Assembly (NCBI GenBank): GCA_963737655.1
Contig: CAVTTN010000002.1
Coordinates: forward strand, 7,264,001 to 7,328,000
Reading direction: 5' to 3'
Length of the DNA: 64,000 nt
From: an uncultured Planctomycetota bacterium
GTDB lineage: Bacteria > Planctomycetota > Planctomycetia > Isosphaerales > Isosphaeraceae
The notes beneath the pieces are model-generated. The model saw nothing but the letters and a program-made list of their open reading frames with translations. It was not told the DNA's origin and ran no database searches. The position numbers and the translations under genes were made by a program. Shown one piece after another: positions 46,182-54,886 of the stretch. Numbering within the stretch: the stretch's first letter is position 1; each line of letters opens with the position of its first letter.

Positions 46182-47339
46182 TTACAGGAAATCGCTCATC
46201 ACGGAGTCGGCCAGGAAGATGCCTTCTTTCGTGAGGCGGAGTGTTCGGCCGTCGTCGTCGAGGAGGCCGCCGGACCTGTGCTTCTTCAGGGCCGTTCCGG
46301 CCAGGGTGTCGAGATCGAACCCGGTCCGTTCCCGGAAATCCTGGCGGTCGAGGCCGAGTTGCGTCCTTCGGAGCATCAGGACGGCCGTTTCCCGGGCGCG
46401 GCCCTCGGGGTCGAGCGTCTCGGTCGGCCCGGTGGGGTCGTCGCCGGCCTCGATCCTCTTGAGATAGGCCATCAGGTCGCGGGTGTTGACCGATCTTCGC
46501 CCCTGTTCATATCGGGCCGCGCCCACGCCGACGCCGAAATAGGCGTCGTTGGCCCAGTAGACGAGGTTGTGGCGGGACTCTTGGCCGGGCCGGGCGTAGT
46601 TGGAGATCTCGTACTGGGGGAGGCCCTCCGATTCGAGCCTCTCCATCGTCCGGCCGAACATCGCGCGTTCGTCCTCCTCGCCGACCTCCACGACCTGCCC
46701 CGCGTTCCATTGCTTCCACAACGGCGTGCCCTTCTCATAGACCAGGCCGTAGCAGGAGAGGTGCGAGGGGCCGAGCGAAAGGGCGCGGTCGAGGTCGTCC
46801 TCCCACATCTCGGGAGTCGAGCCCGGGACCCCGAAAATCAGGTCGAGGGACCAGGATTCGAACCGGGGGGCGACCAGGTCCACGGCCCTTGGGACGTCCT
46901 CGGGGTCGTGGTTGCGTTCGAGGGCCTTGAGCAGCTCGGGGCGGAACGACTGGGCCCCGAGGCTGATCCGATTCGCCCCGCCGTCGGCCAGGATGCGGAC
47001 CTTCTCGGCCGAGAGCGTCCCCGGGTTGGCCTCGACGGTCCACTCCCCTCCGGGTTCGAGCGGATACCATCGGGCGATTTGCGCCATCAGGCGGGCGAGC
47101 TGATCGGGCGAGAGTCGGGTCGGCGTTCCTCCGCCGACGAAGATCGTCTCGACGGGATGAGGCTCGCCCATCCGGGCCATTTCGCGGCCGAGGGCCTCCA
47201 GATAGCGGTCGGCCAGGTCGTCCATCCCGGCGACCGAGGCGAAATCGCAATACCCGCACTTGTGGGCGCAGAACGGGATGTGGACGTAGGCGGCCCGGGG
47301 CTCGATCCACGGAGGGGCGGCCAGCCCGGATTGGGTCAA
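46182..47339 (-). CDS. hemW: Radical SAM heme chaperone HemW (HemN-like)
   Basis: YVHIPFCAHKCGYCDF, GGGTPT, EANP, YEISN, HNLVYW; probable TTG start overlapping the upstream stop. Confidence 0.9.
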   Translation of the reverse strand: MTQSGLAAPPWIEPRAAYVHIPFCAHKCGYCDFASVAGMDDLADRYLEALGREMARMGEPHPVETIFVGGGTPTRLSPDQLARLMAQIARWYPLEPGGEWTVEANPGTLSAEKVRILADGGANRISLGAQSFRPELLKALERNHDPEDVPRAVDLVAPRFESWSLDLIFGVPGSTPEMWEDDLDRALSLGPSHLSCYGLVYEKGTPLWKQWNAGQVVEVGEEDERAMFGRTMERLESEGLPQYEISNYARPGQESRHNLVYWANDAYFGVGVGAARYEQGRRSVNTRDLMAYLKRIEAGDDPTGPTETLDPEGRARETAVLMLRRTQLGLDRQDFRERTGFDLDTLAGTALKKHRSGGLLDDDGRTLRLTKEGIFLADSVMSDFL

Positions 47340-47593
47340 GGAACCGCCTCCAGGAACCGGACCTCCGGCACCCGGGCCTTCAGGACTTTTTCGATCCCCA
47401 TCGTCAGGGTGTAGACCGAGGAGGAGCAACCCTGGCAGGCCCCGAGCAGGCGGACCTGGACGATCCGATCGTCATCGACGCCCACGACCTCGACCCCTCC
47501 GCCGTCGGCGTGGAGGCCGTCGCGGACCTCGGCATTGAGCACCTCCTCGATCCGAGAGAGGAGGGCCTGGCGGTCGTCATCCGGCATGGGCAT
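47336..47593 (-). CDS. NifU/NfuA C-terminal domain Fe-S protein
   Basis: LHADGGGVEVV...LLGACQGCSSS..TL..GIE. Confidence 0.9.
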   Translation of the reverse strand: MPMPDDDRQALLSRIEEVLNAEVRDGLHADGGGVEVVGVDDDRIVQVRLLGACQGCSSSVYTLTMGIEKVLKARVPEVRFLEAVP

Positions 47594-47724
47594 CGGCGAT
47601 GAGATCCTGGAGGGGAGAGCGTCGGCGTGCCGGGACGACCCCGGCCGCCCGGGGAGAGCCGGTCCGGGGTCCGTGTTCCGCATTCTAGGACGGGCGAGAG
47701 GATGAGTCGAGGGGCCGGGCCGCG

Positions 47725-48150
47725 TCAGTAGTCCCGGCCGCCTCCGCCGCCGCCATAGCCACCGCGGCCGCCACCTCCGTAGCCTCCGCCGCTGCCGCCG
47801 CCATAGCCGCCTCCGCCCCCGCCGCTGTATCCACCCCCGCCGCTGCCCCCGCCGTAGCCCCGGCCTCCGCCGTAGCCGCCGCCTCCGCCGCGGCCGCCCT
47901 CGGTCCGGGGCTTGGCTTCGTTGACCGTCAGCCGACGACCTTCGTGGTCCTGGCCGTCGAGGGCCTCGATGGCCGCTTCGGCCTCGTTGTCGTTGTCCAT
48001 CTCGACGAAGCCGAATCCGCGGCTCCGGCCCGTCTCGCGGTCGCTCAGCACCTGCGCCGAGCGGACCGGGCCGTACTGCTCGAACAACGCTTGCAGGTCT
48101 TCGGAGGAGACCTGATAGGAGAGATTCCCGACGTAAAGCCGTTTCGCCAT
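47725..48150 (-). CDS. RRM RNA-binding protein with Gly-rich tail
   Basis: LYVGNL (RNP2), RGFGFVEM (RNP1), GGY repeats. Confidence 0.96.
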   Translation of the reverse strand: MAKRLYVGNLSYQVSSEDLQALFEQYGPVRSAQVLSDRETGRSRGFGFVEMDNDNEAEAAIEALDGQDHEGRRLTVNEAKPRTEGGRGGGGGYGGGRGYGGGSGGGGYSGGGGGGYGGGSGGGYGGGGRGGYGGGGGGRDY

Positions 48151-48275
48151 CGCAGTCGCCTGTTTCTGTCCAGGCTCTCCACCGTCCGAGGCCAGTCCCG
48201 GAGGCGTCGTGCGCCGACGCTTCCGATGCACCTCGGGCCGTCCCGCCGACGCCCCGGCTCCGGGTGCGGCTCTCC

Positions 48276-48304
48276 GTTCTAGGCGATCCGAGGCGCCTTG
48301 TCAA
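48276..48304 (-). promoter_or_regulatory. Sigma70-type promoter for the RRM gene
   Basis: Minus strand TTGACA-17 nt-TAGAAC. Confidence 0.65.
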
Positions 48305-48448
48305 TCGGGCGCAATCCCGGCCTCAGGGCCGAGGAGTCCCGTGGGTGTAGCTCCCGAATCCGGAGTTTTTTCGGGTGCCCCCGGTTCGAGAACCGGGGGC
48401 ACCCCAGAAGTTCCAGATTCCAGAGCGATACCCAGTCCCGTCTCCTCC

Positions 48449-48478
48449 TTGACCCGCGCCCGAGGCCGGACTTAAGAT
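48449..48478 (+). promoter_or_regulatory. Sigma70-type promoter for the DUF1573/cytochrome genes
   Basis: TTGACC-18 nt-TAAGAT. Confidence 0.55.
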
Positions 48479-48570
48479 GAGTCGTGAGGCCCCCGGGTCG
48501 AGCGCCCATCCTTTCTTCCCATCCTTTAGTTCGCGAGACCGCCGCCGGGCCGTTTCCAGGAGTCTCCGTG

Positions 48571-49710
48571 ATGACGCGCTGGCTGGTGCTGGGCGTGGTC
48601 GTGGTCGCCTTGTCGGTCGCCGCGGTCGTGGTCGTCCCGATGCTCCCCCGGGAGGTCTCCTCCGAAGGGGAGCGGATCGACGTGTTCCCCGGGTCGAGCG
48701 TGAAGAAAGGGCCGCCGGGCCGGCTCGTCCTGGACCAGGCCACCTCCTTCGACTTCGGCCTGATGGCCCAGAAGACCAAGGGGGAGCATGTCTGGATCCT
48801 CAAGAACGAAGGGGAAGGGGAGGTCGAGCTGATCAAGGGGCCGTCAAGCTGCTCCTGCACGATCGCCAACTTCTCCGACTCTCAGGATTCGTTCATCCTC
48901 AAGCCCAAGGCGGACACCAAGATCCGCCTGGAGTGGAACACCCGCGAATTCGACGGCTCGTATACCAAGGACGCCACGATCTACGTCCGCAACGACCCGG
49001 AGCGCAAGGAGCTCAAGCTGGCGATCGCCGGCAAGGTCCAGCCGGCGATGAAGGTCATGCCCGACAATCGCCTGATCGACTTCGGCCAGGTCCCCAACGA
49101 CCAGTCCAAGAAGGAACGGGCCGCGCTAGGCTCGGCCGACCGGCCGGACTTCAAGATCAAGTCCCTGAGGACCAGCCGGCCGGAACTCCTGAAGGCGACC
49201 TTCCGCCCGATGCCCGACGAGGACCGATCGTCGTTCGAGGCGATCAAGGGCGGCTACCGGATCGACGTCGAGCTCCTGCCGACGAGCGACCTGGGCGTCT
49301 TCAGCGAGGAGGTCATCGTCGAGACCGACCACCCGCTGGTCCCGGAGGTCCGCCTGGTGGCCGCGGGCAAGAGGACCGGGGCCGTCAGCGTGTTCCCCGA
49401 GGTCGTGACGATGAGGAACGTCCAGGGGATCAAGGGCGGCGAGTCGGCCGTGATGATCCTGGTCCGCAACGCCTCGGAATCGACCAAGTTCGAGGTCGCC
49501 GAGAAGCCGGAGAACCTGAAGGTCACCCTCGTCTCGGCCGATGATAAAGCCGGAACGTCCGTCAAGGTCCGCCAGTTGAAGATGACCGTCACGGTCCCGC
49601 CGGGAACGCCCCCGGGGATCACCGACGGCAAGATCGTCCTCAAGTCGGACCATCCCCAGGCGTCCCGGATCACGATCCCCGTGGATGTGACGGTCGTCGG
49701 GGCGGACTGA
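48571..49710 (+). CDS. DUF1573 Ig-like domain protein
   Basis: N-terminal TM; FDFG, KNEG, SSCSCT, NDP motifs. Confidence 0.8.
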   Translation: MTRWLVLGVVVVALSVAAVVVVPMLPREVSSEGERIDVFPGSSVKKGPPGRLVLDQATSFDFGLMAQKTKGEHVWILKNEGEGEVELIKGPSSCSCTIANFSDSQDSFILKPKADTKIRLEWNTREFDGSYTKDATIYVRNDPERKELKLAIAGKVQPAMKVMPDNRLIDFGQVPNDQSKKERAALGSADRPDFKIKSLRTSRPELLKATFRPMPDEDRSSFEAIKGGYRIDVELLPTSDLGVFSEEVIVETDHPLVPEVRLVAAGKRTGAVSVFPEVVTMRNVQGIKGGESAVMILVRNASESTKFEVAEKPENLKVTLVSADDKAGTSVKVRQLKMTVTVPPGTPPGITDGKIVLKSDHPQASRITIPVDVTVVGAD

Positions 49711-49829
49711 TCGGCCAAATCGGCGCCGGATCGAGCGAAGACGAACACGGAGACGGAGGCGGTGCCCGAAGGCGGGGCCGCCGGCCGGGGGAGCGTCCCC
49801 GGCGCTCACGGACTCAGGAGAGGGAAAGG

Positions 49830-51445
49830 ATGACCATGAGCCGAACCCCCCCGTGGGCCGCCGTCCTCGCGGTCGGCCTGTCGATCGGCGCCGTCGTCGT
49901 CGTCGGCTGCAACAACGGCAAGCCCGCACCCCCGGCCGGCGCGGTCGCCTCGAAGGGGCCGGAGGAGGCGCCGAAGGCCCCGGCCGGGCCGAAATCCGCC
50001 CCGAAATGGTTCCTGGGCGACTGGCCCGCGGACCTCGCCGCCGTCCTGATGATCTCCGGCGAGATGGACGGCTACATGGAGCCCTGCGGCTGCACCGAGG
50101 GCCAGAAGGGCGGCCTGATCCGCCGGATGGCGTTCGCCGACCAGGTCCGCACCGAGGGGAAATGGCCCCTGGGCCTGATCGACCTGGGCGGACTCCTCAA
50201 TGACCCCGGCACTCACGGCGGCCTCGAAGAGACCAAGATCCGCTTCGTCACCGCGCTGAAGGCGCTCACGATGCTCAAGTACTCGGCCGTGGGCTCTCGG
50301 CCGACGACCTGAGGCTGGGCTCGACCGATGCGCTGATGACCCTCGTGAACGTCCCGGCCGACTACCCCGACCCCCCGAAGTTCGTCGCCGCCAACGTGAC
50401 GCCGATCGCCGGGTTCGGCTTCGAGAACCGGATTCGGCCGTCGGTGACGATCCCGCTCGGGCCGAGGAAGGTCGGCGTGACCGGAGTCCTCGCCCCCGAG
50501 GCGTTCGCGGCCCTTCGCGACGACGCCAAGGACCAGATGCTCACCGTGAAGCCCCCGGCCGAGTCCCTCCCTCCCGTCCTGGCCGACCTGGAGAAGGGGA
50601 CCGACTTCCAGGTGTTGCTCGTCCAGGGCCCTCCGGCGATGGCGAAGGCCCTGGCGACGCAATTCCCCGGGTTTGACGTCGTGGTCTCCACGTCCGAGTT
50701 CGTCGATCCCGAGTCCCAGCCCGAATCGCTCAACGGCGGCAAGACGTGGCTGGTCACCGTGGGCAAGAAGGGCCAGTACGTCGGGATGATCGGCCTGCCG
50801 AAGGACCCGAAGGCGCCGAAGCTCTACAAGAGGATCATGCTCGGGCCGGAGCTCGACAAGTTCAAGGGTCGCGGCAAGGAGATGAAGAAGCTGATCGACG
50901 AGGACTTCGTGACGGACCTGAGGTCGGCCGAGATCGTCTCGAGGTATCCCAAGAGGAAGTACTCGTCGGGCGTCTCCGGGGTGGAAGCCACCTATGTCGG
51001 CGCGAAGACCTGCGCCCAGTGCCATCCCAACACCTATCAACGCTGGTTGACGACCAAGCACGCCCACGCCTACGAGCCCCTGACCGACCCGAAACGGAAC
51101 CGCGAGGCCGACGCCGATTGCGTCCGCTGCCACACCACGGGATTCGAGTTCGCGGGAGGGTTCACCGACCCGAAATCGGTGCCGGACCTCCGGGGCAACC
51201 AGTGCGAGAACTGCCACGGCCCCGGCTCGGCCCACGCCGCCGCCCCCGACGACGTGGACATCCGCAAGAGCATCGCCCGGTCGGCCGAGCGGTTCCAGAA
51301 GGGGGACGGCTGCACCGGCTGCCACGACATGGACAACTCCCCGCACTTCGACTTCCCCACCATGTGGGGCAAGGTCATGCACAAGGCGATGGACACGTAC
51401 AAAGATCCCAGGGTCCACCAGGGGATCACCAAGCCGGCGGGCTGA
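49830..51445 (+). CDS. Lipoprotein: 5'-nucleotidase-like domain + tetraheme c554-type cytochrome (1-nt frameshift near 50294)
   Basis: Lipobox VVGC; GYMEPCGC....GGLIRR; four CxxCH (CAQCH, CVRCH, CENCH, CTGCH). One added base gives VGLSADDLRLG. Confidence 0.85.
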
Positions 51446-51537
51446 GACGACCGGAACTCGTCTGGCCGCTCGGGCCGGTCGCGGATAATCTCTCGCGCCG
51501 ATCCTGTTCGGAAACGGTACGGAACGGAGTCCCGCCG

Positions 51538-51855
51538 ATGACCAGCGTCCCGACCTCGCGGTTCGATCGCCTCGTCTCGAAATATCGCCAGGACCATACC
51601 CACCCGGTCAACCACGTCCTCCACGTCGGCGTGGGCTGGCCGATGGTGGGGGCGGCCCTCCTCCTCCTGCCGTTCCGGCCCCTATGGTCGTTGGGGTTGT
51701 TCCTGGGCGGATATGCGTTCATGTTCTCGGGCCATTTCCTGTTCGAGAAGAACATCCCGACGATCTTGAAGCACCCGAGCACGCCGTTCGTGATGGCCTG
51801 GGCGGTCCTCCGCGGCCTCTTCCAAGGCGTGGCCAGACTGGTTCGCGTCCGATAA
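51538..51855 (+). CDS. DUF962/Mpo1-like membrane protein
   Basis: Y..DH.HPVN..LH..G; GH..FEKN.P. Confidence 0.8.
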   Translation: MTSVPTSRFDRLVSKYRQDHTHPVNHVLHVGVGWPMVGAALLLLPFRPLWSLGLFLGGYAFMFSGHFLFEKNIPTILKHPSTPFVMAWAVLRGLFQGVARLVRVR

Positions 51856-51898
51856 AATCGGGGTCGTGGATCGAACCGCCCCGGAGGAGGGACCGCCG

Positions 51899-52555
51899 AT
51901 GGCCACCGTCGCCGCCGAGCCGATCGCCACGCCCGTCCCGCTCGCCGACCTCCCCGCGATCGAAGGCCCCCGGACGCTCCGCCCCTCCGACCACGGCCGC
52001 CGGATGGCGTTCCAGGACTTCATCCTCTGCAATTTCGAGGATGGGCTGTACGAGCTGGCCCGGGGAGTGATCGTCGTGACCGAAGTTCCCGGGATTCATC
52101 ACGGGCGGATCGTGACCCTTACATCGGATATGTTTACCTTCTACAATCGCGATCATCCCGGTTGGATCAACTATAGGGCCACCGGAAGCGGTTGCCGGAT
52201 TCGGCTCCCCGGGATGCGATCCGATCGCCATCCGGATTTCGCCATCTATTTGCAACCTCCGCCCGACGACGGCCCGAAGATCTGGACGCGATGGGTGCCC
52301 GACCTGGTGGTCGAGATCGTGAGCGAGGGGGGCGAGGAGCGGGATTACGTCGAGAAGCGCGAGGAATATTTGCGGGCCGGGGTCCGCGAGTACTGGATCT
52401 TGAACCCGGTCACGCGCATCCTGCACGCTCTGCGGCGCGCCGGGGACGTCTGGGAAGAGGCGACCGTGGCGAGCGACGCCTCGTATCGCTGCCCGATCCT
52501 CCCGGGTCTGGAATTCCGCCCGGTGGACCTGTTTGGCGCCGCCGATCTGGGCTGA
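51899..52555 (+). CDS. Uma2-family (PD-(D/E)xK) endonuclease-like protein
   Basis: PDF...PDLVVEIVS...DY.EK..EY..AGVREYWI. Confidence 0.9.
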   Translation: MATVAAEPIATPVPLADLPAIEGPRTLRPSDHGRRMAFQDFILCNFEDGLYELARGVIVVTEVPGIHHGRIVTLTSDMFTFYNRDHPGWINYRATGSGCRIRLPGMRSDRHPDFAIYLQPPPDDGPKIWTRWVPDLVVEIVSEGGEERDYVEKREEYLRAGVREYWILNPVTRILHALRRAGDVWEEATVASDASYRCPILPGLEFRPVDLFGAADLG

Positions 52556-52666
52556 GCCGGGAGTTCGACCGCCCGAAGTCGGCCCCGGCGACGCTTCTTC
52601 TCCGTGGGCGACGATCTCCGCGCGCCCCCCTCACCTCCGTCCTCGCACCTTGATGGGAGAGCGATC

Positions 52667-53407
52667 ATGAAGCGCCTGGCTCTCGGGGCCGCCGTCGGCC
52701 TCGGACTCGCGGCCTGCCTGCCTTCGGCCCGCGCCGACGACCCCCAGCAGGAGAAGAGCTTCGAGAAGGAGATCGTCACCAAGATCAAGTACAACTATCT
52801 CCTCTACCTGCCGACCGATTACGAGAAGACGGACAAGCCGTACCCGCTGATGCTCTTCCTCCACGGCGCCGGGGAGTCGGGGTCCCCCCTGGCGAAGGTG
52901 AAGAAGCACGGCCCTCCGAAATTGATCGCCCAGGGCAAGGAGTTCCCCTTCATCGTCGTCTCCCCGCAGAGCCCCGGGATGGGCTGGAACCCGGAGGCCC
53001 TGGCCGGTCTGCTCGACGACGTGATGGCCCACTATCGGGTGGACAAGGACCGCGTGTACATCACGGGGATGAGCATGGGAGGCGGAGGGACGATCGCCCT
53101 GGCCTCGGCCTATCCCGACCGCTTCGCGGCGATCGCGCCGATCTGCGGGGCCACCCGGGGCGGGGCGGATGCGGCCCGGTCCACGGCGGCGAAGATCAAG
53201 GGGATTCCCTCCTGGTTCTTCCACGGGGCGAAAGACCCCACCGTGCCGATCGCCCGCTCGGAAGAGCTGGTCAAGGCCCTGAAATCCGACGGTGCGGACG
53301 TGAAGTTCACCATCTATCCCGAGGCCAACCACGACTCCTGGACCGAGACGTACAACAATCCCGAGCTCTATTCCTGGCTCCTCTCCCACAAGAGAGGGGA
53401 GAAGTAA
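52667..53407 (+). CDS. Secreted phospholipase/carboxylesterase-like alpha/beta hydrolase
   Basis: Signal peptide; FLHGAGE, SPQ, TGMSMGG, FHGAKD, HDSW. Confidence 0.9.
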   Translation: MKRLALGAAVGLGLAACLPSARADDPQQEKSFEKEIVTKIKYNYLLYLPTDYEKTDKPYPLMLFLHGAGESGSPLAKVKKHGPPKLIAQGKEFPFIVVSPQSPGMGWNPEALAGLLDDVMAHYRVDKDRVYITGMSMGGGGTIALASAYPDRFAAIAPICGATRGGADAARSTAAKIKGIPSWFFHGAKDPTVPIARSEELVKALKSDGADVKFTIYPEANHDSWTETYNNPELYSWLLSHKRGEK

Positions 53408-53450
53408 GTCTCGCTGTCCCGCGCCGTCGAAAACCTTGATGGGAGAGAGG

Positions 53451-53530
53451 AATCGAGTCGGTCCGACTTCTGTCGGGCCGACCCGAGTCTCGAGTTTCGT
53501 AGGCCCGACTGAAGTCGGACCTGCTCGATT
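53451..53530. repeat. REP-like inverted doublet
   Basis: GTCGGTCCGAC-TTCT-GTCGGGCCGAC and inverted GTAGGCCCGAC-TGAA-GTCGGACCTGC, enclosed by AATCGAG/CTCGATT. Confidence 0.75.
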
Positions 53531-53749
53531 CCTCAACATCCGCTGGGTTTTCTGCAGAGCATGCCCGTCCCCATCGGGTCAGGGATACCAGGGCTGAGAA
53601 GTTCGGCCGTTCGAACGCTCTCGACCGGCGTTGCGTTTTCGGACGGCTTCGCCGATAATCGAGCCGATGCGTTCGTCCTGGGAGATCCGTTGGGCCGGGG
53701 TGACCGTGCCCTCCGGAGGCGCAGTCCCGGGTTCGGCGAAGGGCCATCG

Positions 53750-54769
53750 ATGCCGGAAGTCACGATCAGTCTGGACAATCACGACGAAGAGCTCGCGGTC
53801 TTCGGCAGCCGCGACCAGCTCCTCCGCCAGGTCCGCGACGCCCTCCGCGTGAAGGTCCTGGCCCGTCACGGCGAGGTCCGGGTCGAGGGGGACGCCGAGC
53901 GGGTCGATCAGGCCCGCCGGGTGTTCGAGGAGATGCGCCGGCTCTACCGCCGCCAGAGGGCCCTGTCGCCGGGCGACGTGGCCGAGCTGATCGATTCGGT
54001 CGTCGGCCGGGAGCCCGAGTCGGACTCGACCGACGCGGACGTGGGCGATGGCAAGCGGTCGGTCCGCCCTCGGACCGACGGCCAGGCCCGCTACCTTCGG
54101 TCGCTGCGGGAGAACGAGCTGGTCTTCTGCATCGGCCCGGCCGGGACGGGCAAGACGTACCTGGCCGTGGCCGTGGCCGTGGCGATGCTCCGTCGCGGCC
54201 AGATCAAGAAGATCATCCTGGTCCGCCCGGCCGTCGAGGCCGGCGAGCACCTCGGCTTCCTCCCCGGGGACCTGGAGGCGAAGATCAACCCGTATCTGCG
54301 GCCGTTGCTGGACGCCCTGCACGACCTGATGCAGTACGACCAGATCCGCCGGTACATGGGCAATGACCTGATCGAGATCGCCCCCCTGGCGTACATGAGG
54401 GGCCGGACCCTCAACGACGCCTTCATCATCCTGGACGAGGGCCAGAACGCCACGGTCCCTCAGATGAAGATGTTCCTGACCCGGATGGGCCAGAATGCGC
54501 GGATCGTCGTCACGGGCGACACGACGCAGGTGGACCTCCCCTCGGGTGTCACCAGCGGCCTGGCCGACGCGGTGGAGCGCCTCCGGGCGGTCCCGGGCGT
54601 CGGGATCGTGGAGCTGAGCAAGTCGGACATCGTCCGGCACCCCCTGGTGCAGGCGATCGTCAACGCCTACGAAGCGACCGAGACGGCCGCCGTGGGGACG
54701 ATCGCGCCGAACCCGTTCGGCGCGGACCTCGCCCCCACCGGCCTGCCCGGCGTGCCCGCCCCGGAGTGA
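53750..54769 (+). CDS. phoH: PhoH-family ATPase
   Basis: GPAGTGKT, RPAVEAGE.LGFLPG, YMRGRTL, DEGQN, TGD..Q.DL. Confidence 0.95.
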   Translation: MPEVTISLDNHDEELAVFGSRDQLLRQVRDALRVKVLARHGEVRVEGDAERVDQARRVFEEMRRLYRRQRALSPGDVAELIDSVVGREPESDSTDADVGDGKRSVRPRTDGQARYLRSLRENELVFCIGPAGTGKTYLAVAVAVAMLRRGQIKKIILVRPAVEAGEHLGFLPGDLEAKINPYLRPLLDALHDLMQYDQIRRYMGNDLIEIAPLAYMRGRTLNDAFIILDEGQNATVPQMKMFLTRMGQNARIVVTGDTTQVDLPSGVTSGLADAVERLRAVPGVGIVELSKSDIVRHPLVQAIVNAYEATETAAVGTIAPNPFGADLAPTGLPGVPAPE

Positions 54770-54886
54770 GGCGGAGGCGCGAGGGGGACGACCCCTCGGG
54801 CCCGATCCTCGCCGACGTCGGCGAGGACCACTCCGACGCCCCCGGCCCCGGCCGGCGACGTCCCCGGCCGAGAATCCCACCCAGCC

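Noticed and set aside
47725..47900. GGC-rich tandem repeats
   Set aside because: They encode the ordinary Gly-rich tail of the RRM protein
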